Positions 54,477 to 64,000 of a stretch of DNA of 64,000 nt are shown here, piece by piece (positions within the stretch are counted from its first letter, which is position 1; every line of letters begins with the position of its first letter). The notes below the pieces were generated by a model. The model worked only from the letters and a program-made list of their open reading frames with translations. It had not been told where the DNA came from and searched no databases. The DNA lies in NCBI GenBank assembly GCA_963667035.1, contig OY762964.1, forward strand, positions 2,496,001-2,560,000, read 5' to 3'. The position numbers were made by a program, and so were the translations under genes. This stretch comes from Candidatus Cloacimonadales bacterium. GTDB lineage: Bacteria > Cloacimonadota > Cloacimonadia > Cloacimonadales > JAFGVF01.

Positions 54477-55490
54477 CTATTCCTCAGCAATAGCTACTGC
54501 AAGGTAACTCATAGCAAGCATTGCAAACACAAAAGCTTGAATTGTTCCTGCAAAAATTCCAAAGAAACCGTACAAACCGATAGGTACGATGATTAATTTG
54601 GTTAAAGCTGACACAACTAAAATAATAATGCCTCCACCCATGATGTTTCCGAACAAACGGAAAGAGATGGAAACCACTTTAGACAGCTCACCCACGATAT
54701 TTAACGGAGCTAAGAAGAACATCGGTTCTCCATACTCCTTCATGTATGCCCACAATCCTTTCTTCTTAATCGACATAAAATGTACAACTGAAAGGGCTGC
54801 AATACCCATTCCAAGTGGAACATTTAAATTTCTTGTCGGCTCAATAAATCCCGGTATAGGGATAATACCAATCAGATTACTAAACCATATAAACAAGAAT
54901 AATGTCAGTAGATAAGGTGTGAAATGAATGTTCTCTTTACCCAAAGTATCTTTAACCATTCCCTCAGCTCCTGCGTAAAAGGATTCTCCCATTATCTGGA
55001 GCTTTCCGGGATAGAAATTGACACCCTTGCGAATCATGATAGCAAGAACAATGAAGATGATGTCTACAATGAGTAACATCCTTAGAAGTTTGAAACTGTT
55101 AATTGTACTGGCATCACCGAAGATTTTGTGAAAGGTTAAATATAGCCCAATACTCTTATAGGGCAGGAATTCGGCTATTTCGTGTAATGCTTCTTCGTCA
55201 TTTTCTTCCTGATACAATTTAATTATTTCAGCGTTAGTCAATTGTTTTCCCGAACCATGTTTGACCTTCGCATGCATAACTTCAGATTCTCTGAAAAATG
55301 TATCCGGTTGAGTATCAGCAATAATCTCTTCCTGAAGCGAGGATTCCTCTTTCTCAATTTTGAGTCCGAATTTACCTGTTTCAGAATCCTTCCCTATTAC
55401 AATTGTACTTGTAAGAAAGAAAGATAGGACTAATTCGATAACAAAGAAGATTGCAAATAGCTTTAACAATCCCTTTTTCTTTTTCGACAT
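54477..55490 (-). CDS. atpB: Fo a subunit with extended N-terminus
   Basis: PTRNLN, SISFRLFGNI and IQAFVF motifs; start ATG 55490. Confidence 0.95.
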   Translation of the reverse strand: MSKKKKGLLKLFAIFFVIELVLSFFLTSTIVIGKDSETGKFGLKIEKEESSLQEEIIADTQPDTFFRESEVMHAKVKHGSGKQLTNAEIIKLYQEENDEEALHEIAEFLPYKSIGLYLTFHKIFGDASTINSFKLLRMLLIVDIIFIVLAIMIRKGVNFYPGKLQIMGESFYAGAEGMVKDTLGKENIHFTPYLLTLFLFIWFSNLIGIIPIPGFIEPTRNLNVPLGMGIAALSVVHFMSIKKKGLWAYMKEYGEPMFFLAPLNIVGELSKVVSISFRLFGNIMGGGIIILVVSALTKLIIVPIGLYGFFGIFAGTIQAFVFAMLAMSYLAVAIAEE

Positions 55491-55500
55491 ATTTACTCCG

Positions 55501-55878
55501 CTATTTCTTTGCGAATCTGCTTTTAACAACAGATTCTATCAAGCTTCTTGCAAAGATAACACCTTGAGCAGATAAAAGCCCAAGACCAAATATTAATATA
55601 TCAGTTTTCAGGATCTTAACGGCAATTAACGAAAATGCTATTAAGAAAACGTAACGAAAATAAAAAACTTTCACCGTTTTTACCTGTGTACTTTTTGCTA
55701 TCGGACCGAATGCCCTGGCTGCCGCCAGATACATCCATATAAAGTTGACAGCACTTCCAAAAGAGCCTAAAAACCAACTGTAAGCTCCTCTGAAATTTGT
55801 CGGTATCAATAGGAGTGCAGGTATATTTGTCAAGCAAATAATAACTACTATTTCTGCTACAAATCGCTTTGTTGTCAA
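55501..55878 (-). CDS. atpI: ATP synthase assembly protein I
   Basis: 4 TMs; G-x4-VNF and YFRY motifs; directly upstream of atpB. Confidence 0.8.
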   Translation of the reverse strand: MTTKRFVAEIVVIICLTNIPALLLIPTNFRGAYSWFLGSFGSAVNFIWMYLAAARAFGPIAKSTQVKTVKVFYFRYVFLIAFSLIAVKILKTDILIFGLGLLSAQGVIFARSLIESVVKSRFAKK

Positions 55879-55885
55879 GTCTGTT

Positions 55886-56167
55886 TTACTTCCTTTCCTG
55901 ATGCTTTTCCGTTTTATAAAACTTAGTTATCAGTTTATATACTCCCCAAAATCCTGAGAAAATTCCAACTAAACAGAAAGTCGCTAAAAAAAGAGGAGAT
56001 AAACCTGTTTTATAATCAAGCCAAATACCTATTAACACAGAGATGACTATGCAACCCGCCATATATAGTCCGGTTTGACCAATTAAAGTTAGATATCTGG
56101 ATATCTCAGGGTCGCTATGCCATTCTCTTTTTTTCATTCTTCCTTTTTTTCTCATGAATCCTCTCAA
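55886..56167 (-). CDS. AtpZ/AtpQ (ATPase gene 1) family protein
   Basis: IGIWLDYK...SPLF...G motif; first gene of the operon; the true start may be 56137 or 56155. Confidence 0.8.
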   Translation of the reverse strand: MRGFMRKKGRMKKREWHSDPEISRYLTLIGQTGLYMAGCIVISVLIGIWLDYKTGLSPLFLATFCLVGIFSGFWGVYKLITKFYKTEKHQERK

Positions 56168-56410
56168 GTCAATTTAATTCTTGGGTTGCTGTTATTATAT
56201 ATAGAACAATACGATGTTTATTTCCTAAAAATGTTACCATTTTAACTAAACAATTATCAACATCTACTTACTTCAAAGAATATAGTTGATAGTTGACTAA
56301 TCGAAAGTATGGTCTCATGGTTGATTCAAGCACTAGCTTAAGTAAAAATTATGAATAGAAATAATATTGACATTAACATAATTCATTGAAAGAATAGAAA
56401 TGGAGGTATT

Positions 56411-57520
56411 ATGTACAATTGCCCTATATGTTCGAATGAGATGAAAAAGGTTCATGATAGTAGGGATATGCTATATCTATGTAATCATTGTGACTATTCC
56501 ATCTCTAGCATATCTGCTTTGCTAAATGAGAATAGAGATAGAAACAAGATTTTATCCCTGAGATTTGACGTAACCAATAATGGAAAGCCTAGAGATCTAT
56601 GCCCGGGATGTGGAAGAGCAATGAAGGCTAAGCAAGTGAGAGATTATGATGGAGCTCCATTAATAGAAGTATGTCCTCTTTGTAACTATTTTTTCATACC
56701 AGTGAAGACTTTAGCTGAGATCCCGAAAGTAAAGCAGAAAAGTGAGAGCATAAAAGATATAGAAACCGGAAATTTTAAAAAGAATTTCAGGAAAATAGAC
56801 AGTAACGCCCAAGCTCAGTTAACTCTAAACAAAGCGTATCATGAAAATAAGTATAGATTCGGAAGATTGAAAGATCATGTAACGATAAAACATATGTTCT
56901 TCCCTGAGCTTATTGATGTTACCGTATTTGAAACACCTGCTTATGTTACATACGTCTATGCTATCATTCTGGCAATTGTAAGTATCCTTTATCATGCTAC
57001 AGACTTTTTAAAATCAAATGCAGAATTTAACAGTTTTGGTTCAGTTGATATGATTCGTCAGTTGTTCGTTGTTGATAGATATACTACAATTTTTTCTTTC
57101 TTTTTTCTCATTGCATCAGGAAGAGTAATTGAGGGGATTGTCGGTCCATTTAGATTTTTCATCTATTTGCTGGGAATCTACCTAGTCCATATATTGGGAG
57201 TATTCTTTCTATTCGGAGATTCTGTAACTGCCCCCACAATGTTCATAACAACAATCTTTTTATCATTTGTAATTCTGTTTCCCAAACTGGACATGTTGGG
57301 AGCAATATGGCTATATATTCACATATTCCCTTATGTTATCAAAGTATGGTTCTTCGGTTTAATATACTTCAGTATATATATCTACAGAACTCTAAGTAAG
57401 AGCGAGCCAAACATGAGTATTATATATGTATTGGGAATATCATTAGTACTGGCAATTATCTTAATTTTAGTGTCAGGAGGTAGACAAAAAATGTATGAAG
57501 AAGGAGATATCTCTGCTTGA
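56411..57520 (+). CDS. Double zinc-ribbon protein with rhomboid-like membrane domain lacking catalytic motif
   Basis: CPIC...CNHC and CPGC...CPLC; PAYVTY, GRVIEGIVGPFRFFIY and ILFPK; no GxSG. Confidence 0.6.
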   Translation: MYNCPICSNEMKKVHDSRDMLYLCNHCDYSISSISALLNENRDRNKILSLRFDVTNNGKPRDLCPGCGRAMKAKQVRDYDGAPLIEVCPLCNYFFIPVKTLAEIPKVKQKSESIKDIETGNFKKNFRKIDSNAQAQLTLNKAYHENKYRFGRLKDHVTIKHMFFPELIDVTVFETPAYVTYVYAIILAIVSILYHATDFLKSNAEFNSFGSVDMIRQLFVVDRYTTIFSFFFLIASGRVIEGIVGPFRFFIYLLGIYLVHILGVFFLFGDSVTAPTMFITTIFLSFVILFPKLDMLGAIWLYIHIFPYVIKVWFFGLIYFSIYIYRTLSKSEPNMSIIYVLGISLVLAIILILVSGGRQKMYEEGDISA

Positions 57521-57524
57521 TATA

Positions 57525-57980
57525 TCAATCAGATAACAGTAGTTTTACCAACTTCTCTAGTTCTTCCTTATCAATATCATCAAAAGCATTAAGTTTGTAG
57601 CTATCTATATCAAGCACTGCGACAAATTTACTTTCACTGTCATAAATTGGTGCGACAATCTCCGAGTTTGTTCGACTATCACAAGCAATGTGTCCGGGAA
57701 ATTCATTAACATCACTAACTACTATAGTACGTTTATTATTGATTGCAGCCCAGCATACTCCAGTACCAGTCGCTAGCTCTTGGCAAGCAACAGGTCCCTG
57801 ATAAGAAAGAACTGTCAACTTACCATCAACTAATTGATAATAACCGGACCAGGATACATCTTCAAGTTTATGGAATAACAGAGCTGATAAAGTTGCCATT
57901 CTAGCGTAAGTATTAGTAGTTTTCTCAATTAATTCTCTGAATTGTGTATTTATTCTCAAGTATCTCGTTCTTTTGTCCAT
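57525..57980 (-). CDS. msrC: GAF-domain free methionine-R-sulfoxide reductase
   Basis: YQGPVAC, GTGVC, FPGHIACD, SEIV and VLDIDS motifs. Confidence 0.88.
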   Translation of the reverse strand: MDKRTRYLRINTQFRELIEKTTNTYARMATLSALLFHKLEDVSWSGYYQLVDGKLTVLSYQGPVACQELATGTGVCWAAINNKRTIVVSDVNEFPGHIACDSRTNSEIVAPIYDSESKFVAVLDIDSYKLNAFDDIDKEELEKLVKLLLSD

Positions 57981-57994
57981 AATTAGCTCTTTTC

Positions 57995-59017
57995 TTAATT
58001 ATTCTTTTCTTCTACATTTAACTTAATCCCTTCACCACAATTCCGACAAATCTCAAACCTGCTCCTGTCCTTCAAGATTGCATTTCTGAAACGATTAAAT
58101 GAATCACTATGAAACAAATCATAAAAGCTATGATTAGCTATATTACCAATTTTAACTGAACCTTCTTTGTCAAAGCAGCATACAGCCATATCTCCATTCC
58201 AGTTGATTACCGGATTAATCCACACTCTTTTACACCTATTCTTGATACCGAATTTTAGTTCAAAATCTCCATTAACTACCTTGTAACGTCTAAACTTAGG
58301 ATTTAATGGAAGATAAGTCGTAATGTCCTCTTTTGAATAAATTTGAGCTGTCTTTAGGCGTAGCTGGTCTACATTAAGCTCTTTAGCAAGCTTGCGAATG
58401 GATCCTATTTCATGCTCATTGTGCCTTAAAACTAAAAATTGAAGTTCAACTACAGGTGTAGAGGAATTCAGTCTTTTCTTGGCATCCATAATCGCTGTTA
58501 TGTTAGTAATTACCTTATCTAAGACTCCGTTTACTCTATACTTGTTATAAGTCTCTTGAGTTGAGCCATCCATTGATACAATTAAGCGATCTAATCCTGA
58601 CTTTACTACTTCTTCAGCATCTAAAGGTGCATTTGCATTAGTGGAAGAGAGAGTGTAAAGACCTTTCTCATGGGCATAGTGTATCATTTCAGTAAATCTG
58701 GGGTGTAAGAAAGACTCCCCTTGATTCCACAACACAACAATATAACTATATCTACTAATTTGATTAATTGTCCTTTTGAACAATTCGAAATCCATGAATC
58801 CTTTGGCTCTTTTTAATGAGCCATTCCCCGAAGGACATAATGGACACTTTAAGTTACATATATCTGTTGGTTCTATCATAACCGCAGTAGGATAACCCCA
58901 TACGATAGCCCTCTTGAATAAATTAGAAAGGGTTAAAGATGAATAAATCTTTATTGCGTTAACAGACTTTCTAAGGTTGAACATTCTTTTGACTAGGAGT
59001 AGATTTGATTTTAGCAT
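57995..59017 (-). CDS. Radical SAM/SPASM(Twitch) protein
   Basis: CNLKCPLC; C-terminal C...CCFD...IGN...CRNC. Confidence 0.92.
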   Translation of the reverse strand: MLKSNLLLVKRMFNLRKSVNAIKIYSSLTLSNLFKRAIVWGYPTAVMIEPTDICNLKCPLCPSGNGSLKRAKGFMDFELFKRTINQISRYSYIVVLWNQGESFLHPRFTEMIHYAHEKGLYTLSSTNANAPLDAEEVVKSGLDRLIVSMDGSTQETYNKYRVNGVLDKVITNITAIMDAKKRLNSSTPVVELQFLVLRHNEHEIGSIRKLAKELNVDQLRLKTAQIYSKEDITTYLPLNPKFRRYKVVNGDFELKFGIKNRCKRVWINPVINWNGDMAVCCFDKEGSVKIGNIANHSFYDLFHSDSFNRFRNAILKDRSRFEICRNCGEGIKLNVEEKNN

Positions 59018-59035
59018 ATTATTCCAGAAGTAATG

Positions 59036-59065
59036 AAAAGGAGGAGTGAGAAACTCCTCCTTTTT
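59036..59065. terminator. Rho-independent terminator after porU-like gene
   Basis: AAAAGGAGGAGT-GAGAA-ACTCCTCCTTTT. Confidence 0.8.
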
Positions 59066-59072
59066 ATAAATA

Positions 59073-62000
59073 TTATTTATCGAAAATTACCAGTTTTTGA
59101 GTCTTTTCAAGACTTTTACCGGTTTCCTTGGATTTTGTTTTTAGTTTCAAGAAGTAAGTGTTATTAGCTATCTTACTTCCTCTATCATCTCTGCCATTCC
59201 ATGGTATCTGTATATAACCACTACCGGAGCCTTTAAGAGTCTTAATTTTTTTACCTGAAATTGTATAAATCTTGATTGAATAATCGGAAAGTTCATTGAC
59301 TCTGAAAGTCAAATAACCACCTGATTTTGGCATAGGATTAGGGTAAGGAAGGAAGTCCAATATTGAATAACCGACTGTATCGGTAGTAACAAAGTCAATA
59401 GCCTTAATTGATGGATTGTTATAGTTATCAAAGACCACAAGTGTTGCTTTATGTCTACCAGGTTCAAGATTTGATAATACCATCTCTAGTGTACCTTGCT
59501 TATACGAATCAATGTCATAAACAAAATAGTCAGTCAAATCATAAAGAGCTTCATTATCATCCATATCCAGCAAAATCTTGTGTCCCGGAGAGCCAAGTGT
59601 ATTAACACCTGATTCATCGTTTATTGTAGCATGAAACAATGGTTCGTTACTCACTATATCGCCTGACACAAAACTTTTATCATCAAGCCAGATAGAAACT
59701 TCAGGAGCAGTAACATCTATTACTTGAATGTGAGAATCATCATAACTAATTGGGGAAAGGACACTAACATAATCTTGTTGCTTTACATTATCGTAGTAAT
59801 AGGCAATTGTTCTTCCCAAGTCTCCTTCCCTAATATCATCGGGGACTATAAATGTTGCATTATATTCACCATTTTTGACACTCACTTCTCCATTGTAGAA
59901 AGGTAATCCATTAACTGAATAAGACTGTAAATTAGGAAGCTCACTTACTTTATCATTGTCTATAGCTCTGAATTCAGCATAGCCATCAGAAACATTGTTT
60001 AAGAACTTACCTTTAATACTGATCTTTTCTCTTGAATTGATTACTGTATCTTCTTTATCCACTAAAACAGTTTCAGTATCTCGTGGTGGAGGTACCAGAT
60101 ACAGCATCGGGTCACCTAAAAGAACATACTTTTTATCATTTGTTGCATAAGGAGAGTCGTCTTTGGCTAACATAAGTGATTCTCCAAGCGATAGTCTTTC
60201 ATTACAGTTATATCTTAGAAAATGCTTAATTAGTTCAGTGTTCTGAGTACCATAACATTCTCTTGTAGCAGAAATTGTGGCTATTGCCCCTCCGTTATTA
60301 GCAAACAACAATTGCTCTCCAAGACTATCAAAGTTATAACTATCAAATTCCCCGACATCACAAGAAGCCGCAATGAAAAGATTTAACTTATCATTATTGT
60401 TTAGTTTTGAAATATCTGTGATAGCATTGAAATAATCCTCTGTACCAAGTTTGTCATAAGAACCATGGCCAACATAGTACCAGATAAGTGTTCCATCGTT
60501 TATTGATTGCACAAATTTATCTCTTACTTCCGGTTTATTTTGATATTCATCCATTTCATAATCTATTGCAAAAATCTTTTTGGTGATTATACTTCTATCC
60601 AATGTTTCAGAAGCTGCTTGAATCTGAGCCGAATGATAGTATTCTCCTGTAGCTGATCCATTACGGTCATCATCAGCAAGTAACAAAGCTGTATTTCTCC
60701 ACCATCCTGGATTAATCGTTTTATTCCAATTCTCAATTCTATCTATCTGTAGATTTAATTGTTCCACCGTCTGAGCTGGTATCCTGCCAATTGGTACTTC
60801 GGGCCTAGCATTTTGCCTTAACATGACAAAATAATCATCACTGGCAATAGACTCTTCTTGATATACCATCATCTTGTTTTTACTTCCGGCATTACCTGAG
60901 TTATTACGCCAATCATAAGTTCCTGAGCCAAGTAAAACAACAGCCATATTCTCAGCATTTGGATTTACTTCAGCTAAATGATAGATATATAACCTAATAG
61001 CTCCCGGATCATCCATGCCTCCGTTAAACTGATCAAGAATTCTATCAAGTGATGCTACTTTACAATTAAGATTTCTCTCTGATTGATAGATTTGTGCCAA
61101 ATCATTAGCCTGTTCAATGAACTCTTGAGGAGTTATGATTAAATAGTCTATCGCTACAGACAATGAATAGTCTTCCGGATAATATGCTTCAATCGCATTA
61201 GGACTTATAAAATCCGAGTTTTGAGCAATAAAATAATTAGTTGGTTGAGTATAAGAGCTATTTACTATATTACAGTCAGCAATAAAGTTGAAACTGGTTC
61301 CATTAGAAGAATGAGGAACTAGCCATGTCTTGTTAAAGTCATCAACCTGCATCACATAAACATCATTGCTATTATCTTTCGTAAACTGAAAATCGGTAAT
61401 CTGATTCTCATCGAAATCCATTATTGAAATCATATATTGCTTATTAGACCTCTTCATAAACAACTTATCGTAAGTCATCTGCATGTAATCTAAGAGAATA
61501 TCATCACTACGAGATCTTACTACCTCAATTAAAATGGAGTTTGCTCCATTAATCGGATTATAATCCGATGAACTGATGAATCTTGCAGACTGACCGGTCC
61601 AAGAAGTATTAGCAATTATTTTATTATTCACTTCAAGATTAAGATGATGCCCATTACCATACTGCTCAGATGCTGTTTCTCTAACTGACATTTCAAATCG
61701 TTTATAACTACTTTGAGTTTCTGCTACATCTTGTAAGTCTATATTGAAACTATAAGAAGCAGTTGAACTTCCACTCATTAAATAATCATACCATTCAAAA
61801 CCCATCTGAGTCCTTCTGTATCTTTCGCTCTCTCTTCTAACAACAAAAGGATATTGTGTTATTGTTCTCTCAACATCTTCTGAATCATAAGATGGAAGAT
61901 ATGAAAGCCTCTTAGGTGGCTCTGAGAAATTTCCTCCAAAAGTCAGCCAATAAACTGTTTCGGCTGAATAAGGATTTTTATAGTACGATTGACCAATCGC

Positions 62001-62939
62001 TAAATTCTTTTTCCTTAAGTCTCTGCTTTCAACATATAAAATTATTTTGTCCGAACTATCGAAAGAACCGTCAGCTTCACCTTCTATGAGAATAGGAATT
62101 TCCTCTAGTGGATCCCCCTTTTCTTCAACATTATAGCTTAATAATTTACCACCTGTTGAAAGAATACGAATAGTTCTTGGGTCTATATCATCCAGTGGCA
62201 AAGCACTTAAATCAGAGGCTGTAATTGACATTATTCCCTGTTGATTAGTTTTAAATTTATACCAATGGTTTGATAATGACCAATCAATAAAATTTATTTG
62301 AGATTCTTCACGATTCACTTTCCATTCTTTTGCGGTATTCAAGTTAACAAATAGATGAGAAATAAGCTTAGCTTCTTTTGAAGAATGATTTCTCTTGGCT
62401 CTAACATTACCTGATATATTAATAGTGATGTCAAACTTTGTGCCAATATCTAATCTACCTTTATCCGCTTTATAACTAACGGGATATATTCTTACTGGGA
62501 AAAATGCTGATGTTCTGTATTCAGTATATTCACCCTTTTCAATTCTAATATCTCCTCTATAAATCTCATAGCTACTTGCCTGAGAATAATTATATTCACT
62601 TACTTCTTTACCTTTAATAATAGAGGGTACCGGCATTAATGGTAGATTCAGGCTTTCTGATTCTATTTCTAATATCTGCATTTTTACATCTATATTTCCA
62701 TTTTGCGGTACAGCTACTTTAAATTCGTAAAATGGTAACTCAGGTGTTCCTATAGGACTGTCCCAAGACACATTTTCTACGTTCAGGCGACTATAGTTAT
62801 TGAATTCTTCAATTGTGTATTTATCAAGCTCATAATGGAGCTGCAGTTGTGTTTCACTATCTAATCTGACTTCCATCACTGCAAAGGCAGTAGTAACTAC
62901 AAACAGTAATAGAAAGCAGAGTATATATCTTGCTTTCAT
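59073..62939 (-). CDS. porU: PorU-like C25 (gingipain-family) sortase with propeptide and C-terminal sorting domain
   Basis: Signal peptide; SDDYF, IGRIP, YVGHGS and AASCDVGEFD (His/Cys dyad); LLGDP; PYPNP...WNGRD...YFLK. Confidence 0.8.
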   Translation of the reverse strand: MKARYILCFLLLFVVTTAFAVMEVRLDSETQLQLHYELDKYTIEEFNNYSRLNVENVSWDSPIGTPELPFYEFKVAVPQNGNIDVKMQILEIESESLNLPLMPVPSIIKGKEVSEYNYSQASSYEIYRGDIRIEKGEYTEYRTSAFFPVRIYPVSYKADKGRLDIGTKFDITINISGNVRAKRNHSSKEAKLISHLFVNLNTAKEWKVNREESQINFIDWSLSNHWYKFKTNQQGIMSITASDLSALPLDDIDPRTIRILSTGGKLLSYNVEEKGDPLEEIPILIEGEADGSFDSSDKIILYVESRDLRKKNLAIGQSYYKNPYSAETVYWLTFGGNFSEPPKRLSYLPSYDSEDVERTITQYPFVVRRESERYRRTQMGFEWYDYLMSGSSTASYSFNIDLQDVAETQSSYKRFEMSVRETASEQYGNGHHLNLEVNNKIIANTSWTGQSARFISSSDYNPINGANSILIEVVRSRSDDILLDYMQMTYDKLFMKRSNKQYMISIMDFDENQITDFQFTKDNSNDVYVMQVDDFNKTWLVPHSSNGTSFNFIADCNIVNSSYTQPTNYFIAQNSDFISPNAIEAYYPEDYSLSVAIDYLIITPQEFIEQANDLAQIYQSERNLNCKVASLDRILDQFNGGMDDPGAIRLYIYHLAEVNPNAENMAVVLLGSGTYDWRNNSGNAGSKNKMMVYQEESIASDDYFVMLRQNARPEVPIGRIPAQTVEQLNLQIDRIENWNKTINPGWWRNTALLLADDDRNGSATGEYYHSAQIQAASETLDRSIITKKIFAIDYEMDEYQNKPEVRDKFVQSINDGTLIWYYVGHGSYDKLGTEDYFNAITDISKLNNNDKLNLFIAASCDVGEFDSYNFDSLGEQLLFANNGGAIATISATRECYGTQNTELIKHFLRYNCNERLSLGESLMLAKDDSPYATNDKKYVLLGDPMLYLVPPPRDTETVLVDKEDTVINSREKISIKGKFLNNVSDGYAEFRAIDNDKVSELPNLQSYSVNGLPFYNGEVSVKNGEYNATFIVPDDIREGDLGRTIAYYYDNVKQQDYVSVLSPISYDDSHIQVIDVTAPEVSIWLDDKSFVSGDIVSNEPLFHATINDESGVNTLGSPGHKILLDMDDNEALYDLTDYFVYDIDSYKQGTLEMVLSNLEPGRHKATLVVFDNYNNPSIKAIDFVTTDTVGYSILDFLPYPNPMPKSGGYLTFRVNELSDYSIKIYTISGKKIKTLKGSGSGYIQIPWNGRDDRGSKIANNTYFLKLKTKSKETGKSLEKTQKLVIFDK

Positions 62940-63146
62940 CTTTCCTCCTGCAAAAAAACAAGTTCCTTAAAGTCTGGTAAAAATTATATTCGTCGCTTAC
63001 ATGCAACACTTCTACTTAAATTATCGTCCCTAATAAGATAACCAATATCCTCCTTCAAGGTAACTCAATCAAATATTAAATGCTTGACGCATCTATTAAA
63101 ACTGCGACTCCGTCTTTAAGCATAAAATAAATATACAGGAGATTAT

Positions 63147-63686
63147 ATGAACTGGTACATTAACGCAGTCACAGCTCATCCCATATATATGGCTATGATT
63201 CAATTTGCCATTTTAGGTACTCTGGGCGATTTTATATCTAAATGGATTTTTGCCAAGAAAATATTTTTACCATTCTCGCCATTAATGACTTTATGGAAAA
63301 TGATAGAATGGGCCATATTGGCTGTCTTAATCAAAGGAGCCTTTGTTGGATACGCAGAAGGACAAATCCCTGCAATCATTCATCATTTTTTCCCTAAAGC
63401 AATTGAAAGCATTATTCCGGGAACATTCCTATTCGCTTTGTTAGTATCATCTTTCATGAATCTACAATTTGGATTAACTCTAGTTCTCGGTCATAGAGTT
63501 CTAGATAACTTACCCTTAAAAGAAAAGAATTGGAAAGGTTTAGAAAAGGGTATTTTCAGTCTGATTTGGTTCTGGATTCCTGCTCATACAGTTACCTTTA
63601 TGCTACCCAAGCCATACCAAATTGGACTAGCGGCTCTTTGGTCTGTTGTCCTTGGTTTAATTCTTGGTCTTAATAATAAAAAATAA
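63147..63686 (+). CDS. Mpv17/PMP22-like membrane protein
   Basis: QFAILGTLGD and FWIPAHTVTFMLP...ALWS motifs; AGGAG RBS. Confidence 0.7.
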   Translation: MNWYINAVTAHPIYMAMIQFAILGTLGDFISKWIFAKKIFLPFSPLMTLWKMIEWAILAVLIKGAFVGYAEGQIPAIIHHFFPKAIESIIPGTFLFALLVSSFMNLQFGLTLVLGHRVLDNLPLKEKNWKGLEKGIFSLIWFWIPAHTVTFMLPKPYQIGLAALWSVVLGLILGLNNKK

Positions 63687-63704
63687 AATGCCCAACGAAT
63701 AAGC

Positions 63705-63740
63705 AAAGCCTGTTGTATTTCCAACAGGCTTTTCTCTTTT
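63705..63740. terminator. Bidirectional terminator
   Basis: AAAGCCTGTTG-TATTTC-CAACAGGCTTT plus T-run, between convergent genes. Confidence 0.75.
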
Positions 63741-63745
63741 TTATG

Positions 63746-64000
63746 TTATTTCAATAATATCATTTTATCTGACTTAACTCTATCTCCCGTATCAAGTTTA
63801 TAGATATATATACCACTAGAGACATGATGATTATTACAGTCAGTTCCATTCCATAAAACACTATGCTTCCCTTCTGAAAGACACATATTAACAAGTTGTT
63901 TTATATGCTGTCCCTTTAAATTATAAATATCAAGTTTAGTATCCCCTTGTTTCTGAATACTAAACTCTATAGTAGTTTCTGGATTAAATGGATTTGGATA
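63746..64000 (-). CDS. C-terminal T9SS-type/FlgD sorting domain of a gene starting beyond the window
   Basis: YPNPFNPETTIEF...IYNLKGQ...WNGTD...VSSGIYIYKL...KMILLK*. Confidence 0.9.
   Translation of the reverse strand, partial: YPNPFNPETTIEFSIQKQGDTKLDIYNLKGQHIKQLVNMCLSEGKHSVLWNGTDCNNHHVSSGIYIYKLDTGDRVKSDKMILLK

Overview
AT-rich bacterial chromosomal window, probably from an anaerobe of the FCB superphylum and most likely Cloacimonadota. That assignment is inferred from the PorU-like C25 peptidase and the YPNPFNP...SGIY...KMILLK C-terminal sorting domains. Contents in order: (1) an IS4-family element cut by the window edge, with a complete second copy at 45070-46537; (2) a polysaccharide deacetylase and two decayed genes; (3) an 18-kb minus-strand Wzx/Wzy-type exopolysaccharide operon that also carries a STAS anti-anti-sigma factor, an OmpA/PEGA lipoprotein, uridine kinase, a Pol-beta-type nucleotidyltransferase and two degenerate phosphoglycosyltransferase domains; (4) fabK; (5) an IS3 element inserted into an 11-bp-periodic palindrome; (6) ruvB and a second flippase; (7) a split phosphorelay; (8) CDF, HAD and YigZ genes, then TetR-MATE; (9) a glycan-salvage cluster (GH2, GH29, nucleotidyltransferase, GHMP kinase); (10) two paralogous lipoproteins; (11) a complete F1Fo ATP synthase operon; (12) msrC, a radical SAM/SPASM gene and porU. 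The most striking feature is the ATP synthase. It encodes both a normal Na+-type c subunit and a triple-hairpin (about 6 TM) c subunit whose three ion sites are each differently mutated, plus an a subunit with a ~100-aa extra domain, pointing to an unusual hybrid rotor. No rRNA, tRNA or CRISPR array was seen. All calls are from motif recognition by eye; no database searches were run.
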